This document shows, in pieces, positions 23,125 to 34,403 of a stretch of DNA of 64,000 nt. Source of the stretch: Paramoeba atlantica (Eukaryota; Protista; Discosea); contig CDRNVI010000058.1 of NCBI GenBank assembly GCA_977017575.1, forward strand, positions 135,003-199,002. Reading direction: 5' to 3'. The notes below the pieces were generated by a model. It was not told the origin of the DNA and did no database searches. It saw nothing but the letters and a program-made list of their open reading frames with translations. The translations under genes and the position numbers were made by a program. How positions within the stretch are numbered: position 1 is the stretch's first letter; every line of letters begins with the position of its first letter.

Positions 23125-23463
23125 TAAGAAAATGTTGGATTTGATGTCCTAAATAACTGATAATGTTGATATGTGCAATGAATGGCTAGTAAATTCAGCG
23201 TCACATGAAAAACGTTTTAAATTCAACATAAAGATTATGCCTGACGACTCTGCAGTACGTTATGTCGCATAATAACGTATAATGATATACACAACGACAG
23301 AACCAGAGACAACGGCAAGTAGGAGCTGTAGTGAGAACTACAGACTCTGCGCTCTGCAAAAACCCAACCTTACATCGGAAACAGGATTTTCCTGTTGATA
23401 CTTCTGCCACCCGTTTTTATTTAAAAAGGAAAGTAACGAAAAGTCTTGTGAGTAGCTTGTAAG

Positions 23464-24966
23464 TCATACCGAATCATGCATGGTAGAAGAGGAGTCGTCC
23501 CACAGCAAACAGCGTAACAAGGGGGAAGCTAACTCCTTGTACTCCTCTCCAATGACTCGCACAATTCCAATCTTAACGGATTTAGGTGACAACGGATGAG
23601 AATCCCTTACCGAGTTCTGTAAAAATATTCGAGCACGATGTACGCAATCATTCCCTAAAGTGTCTAATAAATGTCTTTTGGAATACTCTTCAGCTTCACA
23701 AGGAACTGCAACGACTGTGTTTTCAAGGGGTTCCATTTCATGTGGCAAACTAATCGAGCTCTCGTTTCGTTCAAGAATAGCTTCAATCTCATCTACGATA
23801 TATTGTTTATCTTGAAAATCATCCTCAAACTCTAATGTAGCCATTCTTTCCTGTTCATTCGAATCTGTCAGTGTTGTGTAAATATTTTCTTTTGTTGAGT
23901 CAAATGTCTCCGTTGAGAGCTCTACGCTCTGTACCGCTTCCCTGAGATTTCGCACATTTCGTAAATCACTAAGTCGATATTCCTCCTCGTTTGGAGGCGT
24001 TGGATAATCGACCGGAAGCGGGGCCGCTGTGTTCGATAACACAGAAGGAAAAGCCTTTCGCTCGTTTCTATTTGGGCTTATAAAGTTTTTCAGTCCTGCG
24101 CCCCACTCCCGTAGCTCTCTCCTTAAATACGATGTTTGTAATAAGGAGGAAACCTTGGGCCGGTGTCCTGGATGTAAGGTCAGACATTTATGGATCAGGG
24201 ATACCAAATTCGGGTTCGCCCCGGGGTGCACAGCGTCGTATTCCCCTGTGACAATTTTTTTCATCAACTCTTTCAGTCCTTTAGCTTGAAAAGGACGACG
24301 TAGTGTCAGGAGTTCATACAAAAGAACCCCAAGGGACCAGATATCACTTTTTTGATTGTATGGACAGTGATTGCACACTTCCGGAGAGAAGTAGTACGGG
24401 GTACCACAAACGGTATGTGCGAACCCTAACGTATTCTGCAGCGTTGTGGAAATCCCGAAATCTCCAAGTTTCACGAGTCCCCCGGTAGTAAGGAAAATAT
24501 TGGCCGCTTTTAAATCTCTATGGAGAATATTGCGCTCATGCAGGTGTTGCAACCCGAGACAAATTTGAAGAAACCAGTGCAGGATTTGTGCATCTGAAAA
24601 ATAGACCACTTGCCCGGGAACCTGAAACCTCTTTCGTTGTTTTTTAATCCGAGAGGCTAAATCTCCCTCATCGGCGTATTCCATAATAATATAAATCGTG
24701 GTGTCCTCCTCGATGTGCTCCTCGTAATGAACAATATTGGGGTGCTGGATGCGGGAGAGAATATCAATTTCGCGTTTCACATCGTTAAACTCCTTAGGGG
24801 TCATGGTGGCGGTGTCGATGACTTTGCAAATGTACCGTTTGCGGTTTAAAAGGGATTGGACTAGAATCGCATCCCCAAACGAGCCTTTGCCAATCTCTCG
24901 TAGAATGCGATAACGGCTGCAGAACGAGGCGGAGTGATCCGGGCGAGAGGGCGTGTTAAACTGCAT
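23464..24966 (-). CDS. NIMA-related (NEK) Ser/Thr protein kinase
   Basis: IGKGSFG, HRDLKAANIFL, KLGDFGIS, GTPYYFSPE, YNQKSDIWSLG. Confidence 0.95.
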   Translation of the reverse strand: MQFNTPSRPDHSASFCSRYRILREIGKGSFGDAILVQSLLNRKRYICKVIDTATMTPKEFNDVKREIDILSRIQHPNIVHYEEHIEEDTTIYIIMEYADEGDLASRIKKQRKRFQVPGQVVYFSDAQILHWFLQICLGLQHLHERNILHRDLKAANIFLTTGGLVKLGDFGISTTLQNTLGFAHTVCGTPYYFSPEVCNHCPYNQKSDIWSLGVLLYELLTLRRPFQAKGLKELMKKIVTGEYDAVHPGANPNLVSLIHKCLTLHPGHRPKVSSLLQTSYLRRELREWGAGLKNFISPNRNERKAFPSVLSNTAAPLPVDYPTPPNEEEYRLSDLRNVRNLREAVQSVELSTETFDSTKENIYTTLTDSNEQERMATLEFEDDFQDKQYIVDEIEAILERNESSISLPHEMEPLENTVVAVPCEAEEYSKRHLLDTLGNDCVHRARIFLQNSVRDSHPLSPKSVKIGIVRVIGEEYKELASPLLRCLLWDDSSSTMHDSV

Positions 24967-25181
24967 GGTTTAACTCTAGAGACGTTGGAGCATGACGTGA
25001 TTCATGAGAAAGAGGAGGAAGGAAAAAAGTAGGACGTCTAAAAGAGATTTAAGAAGTTTAAACAAAGATTTATAAGTGTAGCTACTCGAAATCTAATTTT
25101 TCATTTTCTCTTCGGTTTAACAAAGTTCATGGAAGTCTTAAATTTGAACTTGAAAATTCTTACATGATATCGGGGATACAT

Positions 25182-25823
25182 TTAAGACTCATCGAGCAAC
25201 AAGTGTTGAAATAATTCTCGCACATTGACAAACTCTCCTGTGGTGTGCGTATGCGGGAGAGAGAGAGAAGTTGTGTCTTCAGGAGAACGTGCCTCATCTG
25301 GCAATTCCATCGTATTCTCATTTTCTTGTACGGATAGAGCCACACAACTGAGTAGCTTTTCATAACTTTGATGACGACGACCTCCAGCCACATTACTGTG
25401 TGGTCTTCTTATGGGCACAGCACGACTGCCGTGTGTGGAGTGGAGTGTTTGTATTTCTTCCAACTGTTTTGTTTTTAATGTCTCTATCGCGGCTTGGATT
25501 TGTTTTTGTACCTCCTTAGCTTCCGAGTGACTGTTACGATCCCCTCGTTTGAGTCGTCGGATCAGTTCTCGGTGTTTTACAAAACCCGTGTTGAGTTCTC
25601 GTAATTCTAGTCGATGTCTTCGTTGCATTCGTCCGAGAGATTCCTTTGGTTTCTCTACAATCACATTCCTTCGTTTTGTGTTTCGACGTGAGGCGACGAT
25701 TGTACGAATAGGTTTGCCTCTAGGGATGTGATGGGGTAGGGAGTGGCCTACGGGCTTTTTGGATCCTCGAGAGAACGTTCGCTGTTCTTTTTTCTTTGTT
25801 TGCTGACGAGTCTTGGTCTTCAT
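25182..25823 (-). CDS. Hypothetical basic coiled-coil protein (weak resemblance to OTUD6B N-terminus, no OTU domain)
   Basis: 213-aa ORF; RHRLELREL...KRGDRNSHSEAKEVQKQIQAAIETLKTKQLEEI. Confidence 0.55.
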   Translation of the reverse strand: MKTKTRQQTKKKEQRTFSRGSKKPVGHSLPHHIPRGKPIRTIVASRRNTKRRNVIVEKPKESLGRMQRRHRLELRELNTGFVKHRELIRRLKRGDRNSHSEAKEVQKQIQAAIETLKTKQLEEIQTLHSTHGSRAVPIRRPHSNVAGGRRHQSYEKLLSCVALSVQENENTMELPDEARSPEDTTSLSLPHTHTTGEFVNVRELFQHLLLDES

Positions 25824-26191
25824 TTGTTATGTCATGAAATGTTTAACAAAAGGTTCTAATGTTTCGAACAGGTGAAATCGACATTTTGAATTTGTGGTGC
25901 ATTAAATTGTGAAACTTGATCTCAACGTATTAACGCATTGTTGTATTACTCTACTAGTAATTCGTTCTTCTCAAAGGTAGATTGTCATACTCTATATTTT
26001 TTTGATTGCTAATTTCACTTTCATAGCGAAATTTAGAAAGCGTGATGCATACCGATTTTATAGCCCATTTGATTCGCAATGTGCTTTCACCATGAGACTT
26101 CATAACGTACTGACAATACGCAAAGCCACATATTCGGCAACGAGAACATTGAAGTAATGAAATTCGTCATGCAGTCCTAAACCAAATTTCG

Positions 26192-27301
26192 CTAAAACCG
26201 ATAGTTTTCCTCCGTTTCTTGTGCCCACTGATATTTTCCTACCAGCGATTTTGTAAAGGCTCGCTGAGGGGGAACGTTGAGTCGTCGACACCATGAAAAT
26301 ATAATCCGAGGATCAATATAATTAGCTTTTGAGGTCGTCGTCGAGATACTCTTGCCATCCTCCTTTATCTTTATATTCGCCTTTGCGGTCGCAAGCTGGT
26401 TGCTTACGGTCTGAATTTTATTATCAATATCACTGGGAAAAGCAATACGGGGGGGTCGTTTCGGAGGAATGGATTTCACTACCGCATTCAGGTCCTCCGC
26501 TGATGCTGCAATTTCTGTGTTAATCATACTTTTCCTTTTCGCAATTTTAAAAAGACTCCAACAGTCTTCATCCTCATCACTGCTGGCTACATTTGTTGTG
26601 ATTACCGAAGTCGTTGGTTTCTGAATCTCCCATGAATCTCGGCGTCCCGTTTTTCGAGGCAATTTTTTAGTTATGATGGGGTGAGAGACTTGTTTTTGTT
26701 GTCTAATCTTTGGTCGTGCTCTCTGTAGTTTTTTAGATTTTTCAGATTCGGATACCGAAGATTCTTCGGTTGAGTCTTCCGAACTGCTCACAGAAGAAGA
26801 AGAGGCACTTCCTTCGCTGGTGGTTTCACTATTCGATGTGCTTTCATAGGATGATGAAGAAGTCTCGTCCTCTGTAGATGAGCTCTCGACATCGTTTCTG
26901 CCTTTCGATGCAAGGTTTTTAGAAGAGTTTACCGGAGAAGAGATTTGTTTTAGTTTCAGCGTTTTCTCACCCTTCAAATCGGGTTGAATGTTTTCTTCTT
27001 TTTTACAGGAAGCTGCTTTTGGGGTTCGTTCTGGAGTCGCACGCTCTACGCGTGAGCTTTCACTCTTTTCTTGATGGTTTGACTCAATTTTCGAATTGAT
27101 TTCTGGGATATTGCAGGGAGGATTGGGTATTGGCACCTTAATTGGTATTTTTATGGGCATTTTGATTGGCATTTTGATTGGCATCTTGATTGGTATTTTG
27201 ATCGGCACCTTAGCTGGGGGCCTGGGAGGTTGTGGCACTGCGGTCTCCGTTGGAGACGGTGAGGATGGGCTCGGCAACGATGAAGTGTTCTCGGCCGACA
27301 T
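26192..27301 (-). CDS. TOP1S: DNA topoisomerase IB small subunit (kinetoplastid bi-subunit type)
   Basis: C-terminal catalytic motif TSKANYIDPRIIFSWC...WA...F without the core domain in the same ORF; long Ser-rich N-terminus. Confidence 0.9.
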   Translation of the reverse strand: MSAENTSSLPSPSSPSPTETAVPQPPRPPAKVPIKIPIKMPIKMPIKMPIKIPIKVPIPNPPCNIPEINSKIESNHQEKSESSRVERATPERTPKAASCKKEENIQPDLKGEKTLKLKQISSPVNSSKNLASKGRNDVESSSTEDETSSSSYESTSNSETTSEGSASSSSVSSSEDSTEESSVSESEKSKKLQRARPKIRQQKQVSHPIITKKLPRKTGRRDSWEIQKPTTSVITTNVASSDEDEDCWSLFKIAKRKSMINTEIAASAEDLNAVVKSIPPKRPPRIAFPSDIDNKIQTVSNQLATAKANIKIKEDGKSISTTTSKANYIDPRIIFSWCRRLNVPPQRAFTKSLVGKYQWAQETEENYRF

Positions 27302-27543
27302 TCTAATTTAAGGGAGAATGAAAGAAGAATGTCAGCGTGTTACTATCTTAGAGGAAACAAAGATAGTAAAATGCATATCGTAAAGCAATCAAAAAAGACA
27401 AAATTGCCATTTAAAAACAAGATTAATGACATGCATTCGGACTGAACCTTTCGGATAACCCATGAGGAACGCCACGACCTATTTTCTTGTTTTCCTGTGT
27501 TTTTGGCTCTATCGGTCCATATCCCTTCCATACGCTGCACCCT

Positions 27544-30522
27544 CTATTCACCCCTCTCCGATACGTTTGGCACCCTTGGGAGTGTCCTCTTCCCAAGCAA
27601 TTGGTAGTACTCATCCAAGTACGGCTTGTTGCGTGGATCGCGAATGTTAATTTTAGAACCCGGAAGTTTCCAGAACGGGTAGTTGGTGTAAATCCTTCGT
27701 CTCGCTCGCATACGAAGCGTTCGGCTTTTTGCTTCCTCAATGATTTTTCCATGGTTGCGCAGATCACGACGAATACGCTCATCGACAGGCTTGCGTACCT
27801 TTTGTTTTTCTGAACTCGAAGTATCACTAGAGGGCTGAGCTTTGACGCGTTCTTTTCCTCGTTGGTTTAATTTTCCTCTTCGCGGAACATGAGCAGGAAT
27901 ATCAGTGGGAGAAGAAAAATTCGAAATGGAAACAGATCCTTCTTCTCCATCTGTGGTTGTTCTATTCACTTGTTGAGGAAGAAGAGATTGTAGTCTTGAA
28001 TTAATATCCCTGGCAGAAGACCCCGCATTCAAAATTTCAAGGTCTATCCCATTTTCGGCATTTGTTGCCTCTCCTCTATTTGAGCCCTCCTCTGTAGTGT
28101 ACTCCGTGTCTGGCTGTAAAAGGAATACACGCAAATTTGACTGTGTCGCTTTGTCGGCTAATTTGTCATCTAGGGTCAAAAGACTTGGGGAATCCATTTT
28201 GTGCTTTTCCTCCGTGTGTGAAAATAACTGAAGATGACATAACGTACACACCTGAGCGATCAACATGACTCTGTCATCATCATCCGAAAGCGAACGGTTG
28301 GGAAGAAGAAGGGAAAATAAGTTCTCTTTTTTCTCAAGATGATTTTCATCGGTTTGTGTTCTTGTTGTTCCGTAGGAACGAAAAAGTAACTCCTCCGTGG
28401 GATGCAGCAAACGAACAACTCTATTGTTTGCAACACAGCTTTTTGAGGTTTGAACTTCGATTTTAAAATCATGCTGAATACAACGAAGTAACAACGTAAT
28501 CGAATCTCGGATGTGGACCGCATCACTCGATTGTACAGTTTGTTGCAACGTAAGGCAAGCCTCCCGAAGAGCCACAAAAGGAATATATAACAAACAAGAT
28601 TTATTAGTTTCCTCTGTTTTGTTTGCTAAGTTATTTAGCCACTGATCGACCCGTGTAAAATGCTCAACGGCAGAGGCGTCTAAAATGTAAATACGGCTAG
28701 AGAAGTCCTGCAAAATGCGCTTCACGTCGGTAAATTGGCTAAGTAGAAGATATGAGGGATTAAGTGCGTAACAACAACTTGCCGGGTCTCGGGGAGACAC
28801 ATTGGAGCATACCGTGTTGACAATAATCTCATCGAATTCAGGAAAGGTTTGGGTAAGGTAAAGAAATAACGATTGCGCAACTTCAGGGTTGGTTTCGCGA
28901 TCAATTGTTTCGTACACCGTATCGGCGAAAGCAAGATCCACAGCGATGAGAGGGTCTGTGGAAGTTGTATTGGATATCCCTAGCCTATCGGGCGTACTCC
29001 CTACTCTTTTTTCGTCCTTTTCATCAAAAGACTGCATCCGATTCCTTTCCATCGCATCTGTTGCTTCCAAATTTTCATTATCCGCGTTGATCGGCTGTTC
29101 CGCTTTACGCTCTTGATGTAACCGTTCAATCTCCTTTTGCTGATATTGCAGCGCATTCACAGCGTTTTCTGTCGGATTACGCTGCAAATAGCGTTTCACC
29201 ATACGAGAGTAACACGCATGGAGGTTGGCCCACTCCTTCTTTTCCCAATATTTAACGTACAACATTTTCCATGCCACACGACCGAGAGTACTTTCTCCGG
29301 AAACGCAACCCAATATCTCACCCAATGTTGTGGGATAGATTTCTATCTCGAGCGCCTGGGCCTTTTGTAAAAGTTTCCACGCGGTTTCTATTTTATCCCC
29401 ATCACAAAGAATTTTAACGTACGCATCATAGTGATCCGCGCCAAACGCATTTCCTCTATTGTTCCCCCTTTCCTTAGTGTGTCGGAGCCAATCACTCAGC
29501 AAATGCGTAGCCTCCTTCACCAAAGGCTTTTCCGGGGTTGAGAGATACGCCAGACGACCCAGCGCACGTAAATATACCCCATAGGGGTCTTTTCCCCCTT
29601 GATCTGGACCACATAACACTTGGACGATCTCCCCCACCTCCGAGGCCGTTTCCGCCCACCCCAGGGCCGCAAACGCGTGTTTTGGGAGTATTCGCCTCCA
29701 GTTCTTCTCCGGGAATAACTCACACACCACAGGGTCGCTGATATCGCCCCCTAGAACCTCCAAATGCCAATCCAACCACTCCAGAGCTTTGCCTCTCTCA
29801 TGGACCGCACAGAGTAATCGGATATACGCCGCAACCACCAGCGAGTTATGCAAAATTTCGTTCCGATGCTGAAAAACCGAAAACGAGTCCTCCAGAAAAG
29901 TACCCGAAAGCGGGGAACACGAAACGGTACGCTCGAGCGCGAGAAACAGCGTGCGGTAAAACACCGGATCCTCCAGCAGCGCGGCACTCACCGCCACAAC
30001 ACTCGGGCTATGCTGTCCTTGCGGGGCAGCTGTTTTCGTAAACACCAACTCCAGCCCTGCCGTGTCCCCGACGCTTTTTAACACTTTCAAATAGGTTAAC
30101 ACGACCCCGCGTGAAAAAGTGTGTCGGTGGAGCAAATTCCGATAAAGCGCATGAATTTTCGGGATCATTTTATCCATTCTTTCGGTTTCATTTCCCTCTA
30201 CGGTTTGCTGCACCCACTGTTTGGTCCATTTCAGCAGCTCCACCGCTCGACACGGGGGGAGACGGAAATGGGACTGCGTGAGTAGCTCGAGCAGTATCCA
30301 GGGCGGGGTGTTCCAGCACTCACAGGCGGGAATCAGCGCAGCGCGCAGCGGGGCATCGAGAGCGTATTGCTTTAACGCTTTCGGAACCGTTGGGGTCGCA
30401 AAGGAGGCGTTTGCGGGGGTGAGCGCGCGAATCGCGGGAGCGTTTTTTACGGGACAAAGAGGAGATGACGGGGAGGAGACACCGGGGAGACAACGTAGAA
30501 AGGGTGTACGGAAACGCGACAC
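27544..30522 (-). CDS. PPR-like repeat protein with C-terminal PIN-fold nuclease domain, probably mitochondrial
   Basis: PPR-like HYDAYVKILCDGDKIETAWKLLQKAQALEIEIYPTTLGEIL; PIN-like YILDASAV...YIPFVALRE...SDDDDRVMLIA...LLTLDDKLADKA. Confidence 0.65.
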   Translation of the reverse strand: MSRFRTPFLRCLPGVSSPSSPLCPVKNAPAIRALTPANASFATPTVPKALKQYALDAPLRAALIPACECWNTPPWILLELLTQSHFRLPPCRAVELLKWTKQWVQQTVEGNETERMDKMIPKIHALYRNLLHRHTFSRGVVLTYLKVLKSVGDTAGLELVFTKTAAPQGQHSPSVVAVSAALLEDPVFYRTLFLALERTVSCSPLSGTFLEDSFSVFQHRNEILHNSLVVAAYIRLLCAVHERGKALEWLDWHLEVLGGDISDPVVCELFPEKNWRRILPKHAFAALGWAETASEVGEIVQVLCGPDQGGKDPYGVYLRALGRLAYLSTPEKPLVKEATHLLSDWLRHTKERGNNRGNAFGADHYDAYVKILCDGDKIETAWKLLQKAQALEIEIYPTTLGEILGCVSGESTLGRVAWKMLYVKYWEKKEWANLHACYSRMVKRYLQRNPTENAVNALQYQQKEIERLHQERKAEQPINADNENLEATDAMERNRMQSFDEKDEKRVGSTPDRLGISNTTSTDPLIAVDLAFADTVYETIDRETNPEVAQSLFLYLTQTFPEFDEIIVNTVCSNVSPRDPASCCYALNPSYLLLSQFTDVKRILQDFSSRIYILDASAVEHFTRVDQWLNNLANKTEETNKSCLLYIPFVALREACLTLQQTVQSSDAVHIRDSITLLLRCIQHDFKIEVQTSKSCVANNRVVRLLHPTEELLFRSYGTTRTQTDENHLEKKENLFSLLLPNRSLSDDDDRVMLIAQVCTLCHLQLFSHTEEKHKMDSPSLLTLDDKLADKATQSNLRVFLLQPDTEYTTEEGSNRGEATNAENGIDLEILNAGSSARDINSRLQSLLPQQVNRTTTDGEEGSVSISNFSSPTDIPAHVPRRGKLNQRGKERVKAQPSSDTSSSEKQKVRKPVDERIRRDLRNHGKIIEEAKSRTLRMRARRRIYTNYPFWKLPGSKINIRDPRNKPYLDEYYQLLGKRTLPRVPNVSERGE

Positions 30523-30864
30523 GGTGGGGGAAGGGAAGGGAGGGGGTTTAAGGTTGTGGAGTACAGATTTGTGTGATAAAAGTGAGCCGGTTCAGCGTCA
30601 TGTTGAAGAGGGGAGCAAGTAAACGTTTTTTCTACAAGAATTTTTGATGTAAAATAGTGTTTTTGCGATCAAAGGATCATTTCTATACTTTTGAAATTTA
30701 TGCCACATATCTTTCTTAGACGATTTAATCCACCGAAATAAACGGTTTCAGCTCTACTCAATTTTAAGGACTTCATCGTCTCCTTTACCACTCACCTCCA
30801 CTTTTTACTTTTACGCAACACCTCTTTGCTTATCTTCCTGTCTCTTTCCCTCCATTACCTCTAC

Positions 30865-31329
30865 CTACTTCCGACGTGCCAGCACACCCTGGACCCTACC
30901 ATGGCGTCCGGAGGTCTTCGTGTGCTGCCCCCGCACCCTGTGGCCATAGTAATGCCGAATCCCACGATGCGCGCGGATCTTCTTCAGACGCTCCAAATCC
31001 TCTCGGATTTTGTTATCCCAGCTCACCGAGGTGCAGTGCTCGGAGTTCCCCGTGGTACGGTCCTTCTTACGGTTCAGCATCCATTCCGGGATGTTAAACT
31101 TTTGAGGGGACGCGATCACCTCCGCGATACGCTCCAGCTCTACCGGGGTGAGAGTCCCGGCCCGACGGTTAGGGTCAATTCCAGCCTTTTTGGTCACCAC
31201 CAGAGCCATGCGAACCCCAATGCCTTTGACCATACGAAGCGCGTAGGGAATTTTACGTTTCCCGTCCAAATTGGTGTTGGACATTCGGATAATGTGCGTG
31301 AATTCGGGAGGGGCGACAGAGAGGGACAT
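30865..31329 (-). CDS. RPS18: 40S ribosomal protein S18 (uS13)
   Basis: From ATG 31329: MSLSVAPPEFTHIIRMSNTNLDG...DLERLKKIRAHRGIRHYYGHRVRGQHTKTSGR. Confidence 0.96.
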   Translation of the reverse strand: MSLSVAPPEFTHIIRMSNTNLDGKRKIPYALRMVKGIGVRMALVVTKKAGIDPNRRAGTLTPVELERIAEVIASPQKFNIPEWMLNRKKDRTTGNSEHCTSVSWDNKIREDLERLKKIRAHRGIRHYYGHRVRGQHTKTSGRHGRVQGVLARRK

Positions 31330-31621
31330 TGGGGGAGGGAATAAAACGGGTTGAAAAGGATAAAAAAGGGTTTGGAAAATAGAGAAAGATGTGAGGAAGG
31401 CTCGAAAATGTAATGGAAATACCCAAAACAGATCCTTTTTTGAACCAAACTTTGAAATCAAAAGCCATTCATTCAAGTCTTTCATCCGAACTGAACTTCG
31501 ATACCTTCTATTCCCACCTTCTTTTCTTCCTTAAAACCTTCTTCTCACCAAAAAAAACACTTTCACACTTTCTCCTCACCCCAAAAGAACCCCCCTTTCC
31601 CCTCTTTCCCTCCCCTCTCCC

Positions 31622-32107
31622 CTACAAACACCGCGCGCGGACAAAATTATACGGCACCGGGGCCACCCTCACCGCCTTTCTTTTACTCTTCACCACCCCC
31701 GCCACCACCCCCCCTCCCGGCTGCCGTTTCATCCCCCCCCTCCCCTTCCCCCCCTCCTTTCTCAGCTTCGCCAGCTCCCCCATCCGTGCCGCGTGGGCCT
31801 CAGCGCAGCGCGAGAGCCGCACGTGCTCGACGCGGACGCAGATGCGTTTCCGCAGCACGCGGCTGCCGACGCGCTTGTTCACCACGACCCCAAACCCCCG
31901 GGGGGTGACGTTCCACACGACCCCGGTCTTCCCGTGGTAGAACTTGTGCGGCATCCCCTCCCGGATGGAGGGGTCCGCGACGACATCGACGTAGTCCCCG
32001 ATTTTAATCGGGGTGAGAGAGGGGCGGGTGCCGGGCACCCCGTGCCGGCGAAACTTTTTCGCAAACAGGGTGCGGGTGCCGTGGCGCAGTCCCCAGGAGT
32101 GTACCAT
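31622..32107 (-). CDS. RPL21: 60S ribosomal protein L21 (eL21)
   Basis: MVHSWGLRHGTR..F, GDYVD, GMPHKFYHGKTG.VWNVTPRG, KRICVRVEHVRLSRC. Confidence 0.97.
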   Translation of the reverse strand: MVHSWGLRHGTRTLFAKKFRRHGVPGTRPSLTPIKIGDYVDVVADPSIREGMPHKFYHGKTGVVWNVTPRGFGVVVNKRVGSRVLRKRICVRVEHVRLSRCAEAHAARMGELAKLRKEGGKGRGGMKRQPGGGVVAGVVKSKRKAVRVAPVPYNFVRARCL

Positions 32108-33683
32108 GGTGGGGGGTGGGTGGGGAGGAAAAGGTTGAGGAGAAACAAAAAGAAGACTTTGGAAGGAATAAAAAAGTGGTGGGGGGGGGAGAAAGGGAAA
32201 AGCGTACTTGGGAATACACAGAGGAAAAAAGAGTAAAGAGGTAAAAAAATAGCAGAAAAGTAGTGGTCAAATTTTTAATTTTGTGAAAACAAATCCCGAA
32301 AAAAAAGTAGTTTGTAAAAAGCTTCCCCCTGGCCCAGTTAGCGCACGCCCCTACGGTACCCGTTTAGCACCGCGGCGTGCGCTAAAAACTTCTTGGTCAT
32401 CGTAGATACGTTGTAAGGGTCTCCCACAATGTCTCCCTCTTCACACACTCTTATAAAGTGTTGTTGTTACTCCAGGGGCGACCCGGGATAGGACCTATCT
32501 GGTATCGGAGGAAGATTCTCGTCCCCACCGAGAATAGGAGCAGGTGGGTTTCCCTCATGGTGCCCTCGTCGGGGTTCCCACACGGCCCACACGTAAACCT
32601 GTACGGACGCGCCGGATAAGCTCTCTCTCTGGCCGCCTCCCGACGGGCCGGGAACCAAAATCCTCTTTTTTTGAGGAGGGGGGGCACTCAGCTCACCAGC
32701 GGGACGATCCTGGAAGACAAGAGCGCTCTTCAGTGTCCCGCACGTACATTGTACGTGGCCAGCGTCTGTGAATCCTTCCTCGACAAATCAGTAGAGGGAA
32801 AAGTAGCGCCAGCGTGGAACCCCCCCTCCTTCTCCTCCTCCTCCTCCTCCTCCTCGCAGTCAATCGTTTCCTCTTGTTCCCCGAGGATAGACTGTCTCAA
32901 CGACAGTTGGCTCGCGAATGGCGTATGCGAGCACATCTAGAGGGGTTGGAAACCTCGGAACGGACTCCCAGCCCAGCTAACGGTTCCCCCATGTCGGCAC
33001 TCAAGCGCGCGGAGGAGTTGGCAAGCCTTGAGGCTCCGCTCGACCCCCCTCTGTGAATGAAACCTTTTACGTATGGCCTCGTAAGGCATATAAACAAGCT
33101 CGTATTATTGGATACTAAACGGAGTTTTCCATAAACATCTCAATCACTTTACAAAGGGTTATCTGCGCAACTCGATCCCCAGGAAATTTTTCCCATCATG
33201 CCGTATGAACTAATTGGCTGCCCCTTCTGGTGTGTTCCCTTAGACTATGTTTTCTAATCTTCTTGATCCTGACTCATCGTCACCACCTACCATCAAATCT
33301 TCAGCATTGCTAATGTCACCTAAATTAGGTGACCTAATAGCTGTCTTGGCCCTTTACATCTCTTGCAAGACCCAAAGTTCATTAAAGCTGATGACACAAT
33401 TAATTTAATGGACAAGTTTGATACTCGCACAACGTATTTCATCAAGGAGCGAGAGAAAGGACGTGCACGTTGCCCTGTTATGACCACCCCGGGTTCCCGT
33501 GCTGCATATATGACTTGTGAACGATTCTTTTGTGCTGCAACTAACCACACTGCATATTCCTACTACATTGGGCGAAGTGACCCACCTTATTTAGGGGCAT
33601 TATTGACGAAACGACTTCACCCGACGGGGACGCCCTACAAAACAGGCAAATATCTGTACGAGTAAGGACCACCCCTTACCTCC

Positions 33684-34060
33684 TTGCCTCCCTCAATGAG
33701 GGAGCTACTTTCTAAGCCCGGAGCCCCGGCAGGGCGCCACCCATCTTATCGCCCCATCGCGATGTGGGAGTGTTTCCTCAAGGTGGCAGGACGACTTGCC
33801 CTGGAGAAACTGAGAGAATACGCCTGCCTCCTTTTCTCCAACGGCTGCAACTCGGAACTCAATACACCCAAGGGTGTGAACACACCATCTGTAGTGTCCG
33901 ACATCACTTTAGGGTCAAGCCGGATGAAGTCATAGTGGCAGCTGATTTCGAGAATGCCTTCAACAGCATCTCGAGGTCAGCCATATTCAGGGCCCTAAAG
34001 GGAGACCCGAAGCTACTTTCCCTCGAGAGTATTACTTTCTTCCTCTCATGGAGTTCTACA
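33684..34060 (+). mobile_element. Reverse transcriptase fragment (CRE/R2-like, second lineage)
   Basis: YRPIAMWECFLKVA and ADFENAFNSISRSAI motifs; frameshifted. Confidence 0.72.
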
Positions 34061-34157
34061 AATATATTTTATAGCAAAGATGTAAATTTATATTTTGTCC
34101 CCCCCTAGTCCTTTGTCACTACTTCTTTTCGTACGGTGTAATACACTGTATGCGCTA

Positions 34158-34243
34158 AATTTCAGAGTGGAAGATTCACGTTTTTCATCATACTGCTATA
34201 CCTTGGTACAGAAACACGGACCAATGATGTTCTTCATCAGGTA
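34158..34243 (-). ncRNA. Box C/D snoRNA, U18/SNORD18-like, copy 1
   Basis: Minus strand C box TGATGA, guide ttggtccgtgttt, D'-like ctgt, C' TGATGA, D CTGA. The guide is antisense to the conserved LSU rRNA sequence GAAACACGGACCAA. Confidence 0.75.
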
Positions 34244-34403
34244 GAGCAAGAATTATTGTCCAGGTGGAAGCTACTAGAATAATGTTAGTCCTGGGGACAT
34301 TTTCGTTTCCTACGCGTTTTAAAGGAAATGATAAGATGATACTTGCAAACTATCTATTTCGCGCTAGGTATGTATGTCTATATATCTACGCGCTAGGTGT
34401 GTA

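Noticed and set aside
1449-32107. Reassigned genetic code (UGA=Trp) in the host
   Set aside because: Conserved genes are uninterrupted with TGG for Trp, and several end plausibly at TGA (1449, 6054, 23464).
34205-34225. Second spliced-leader relic (gtacagaaac)
   Set aside because: The match is only 10 nt and is explained by the snoRNA guide and D' box.
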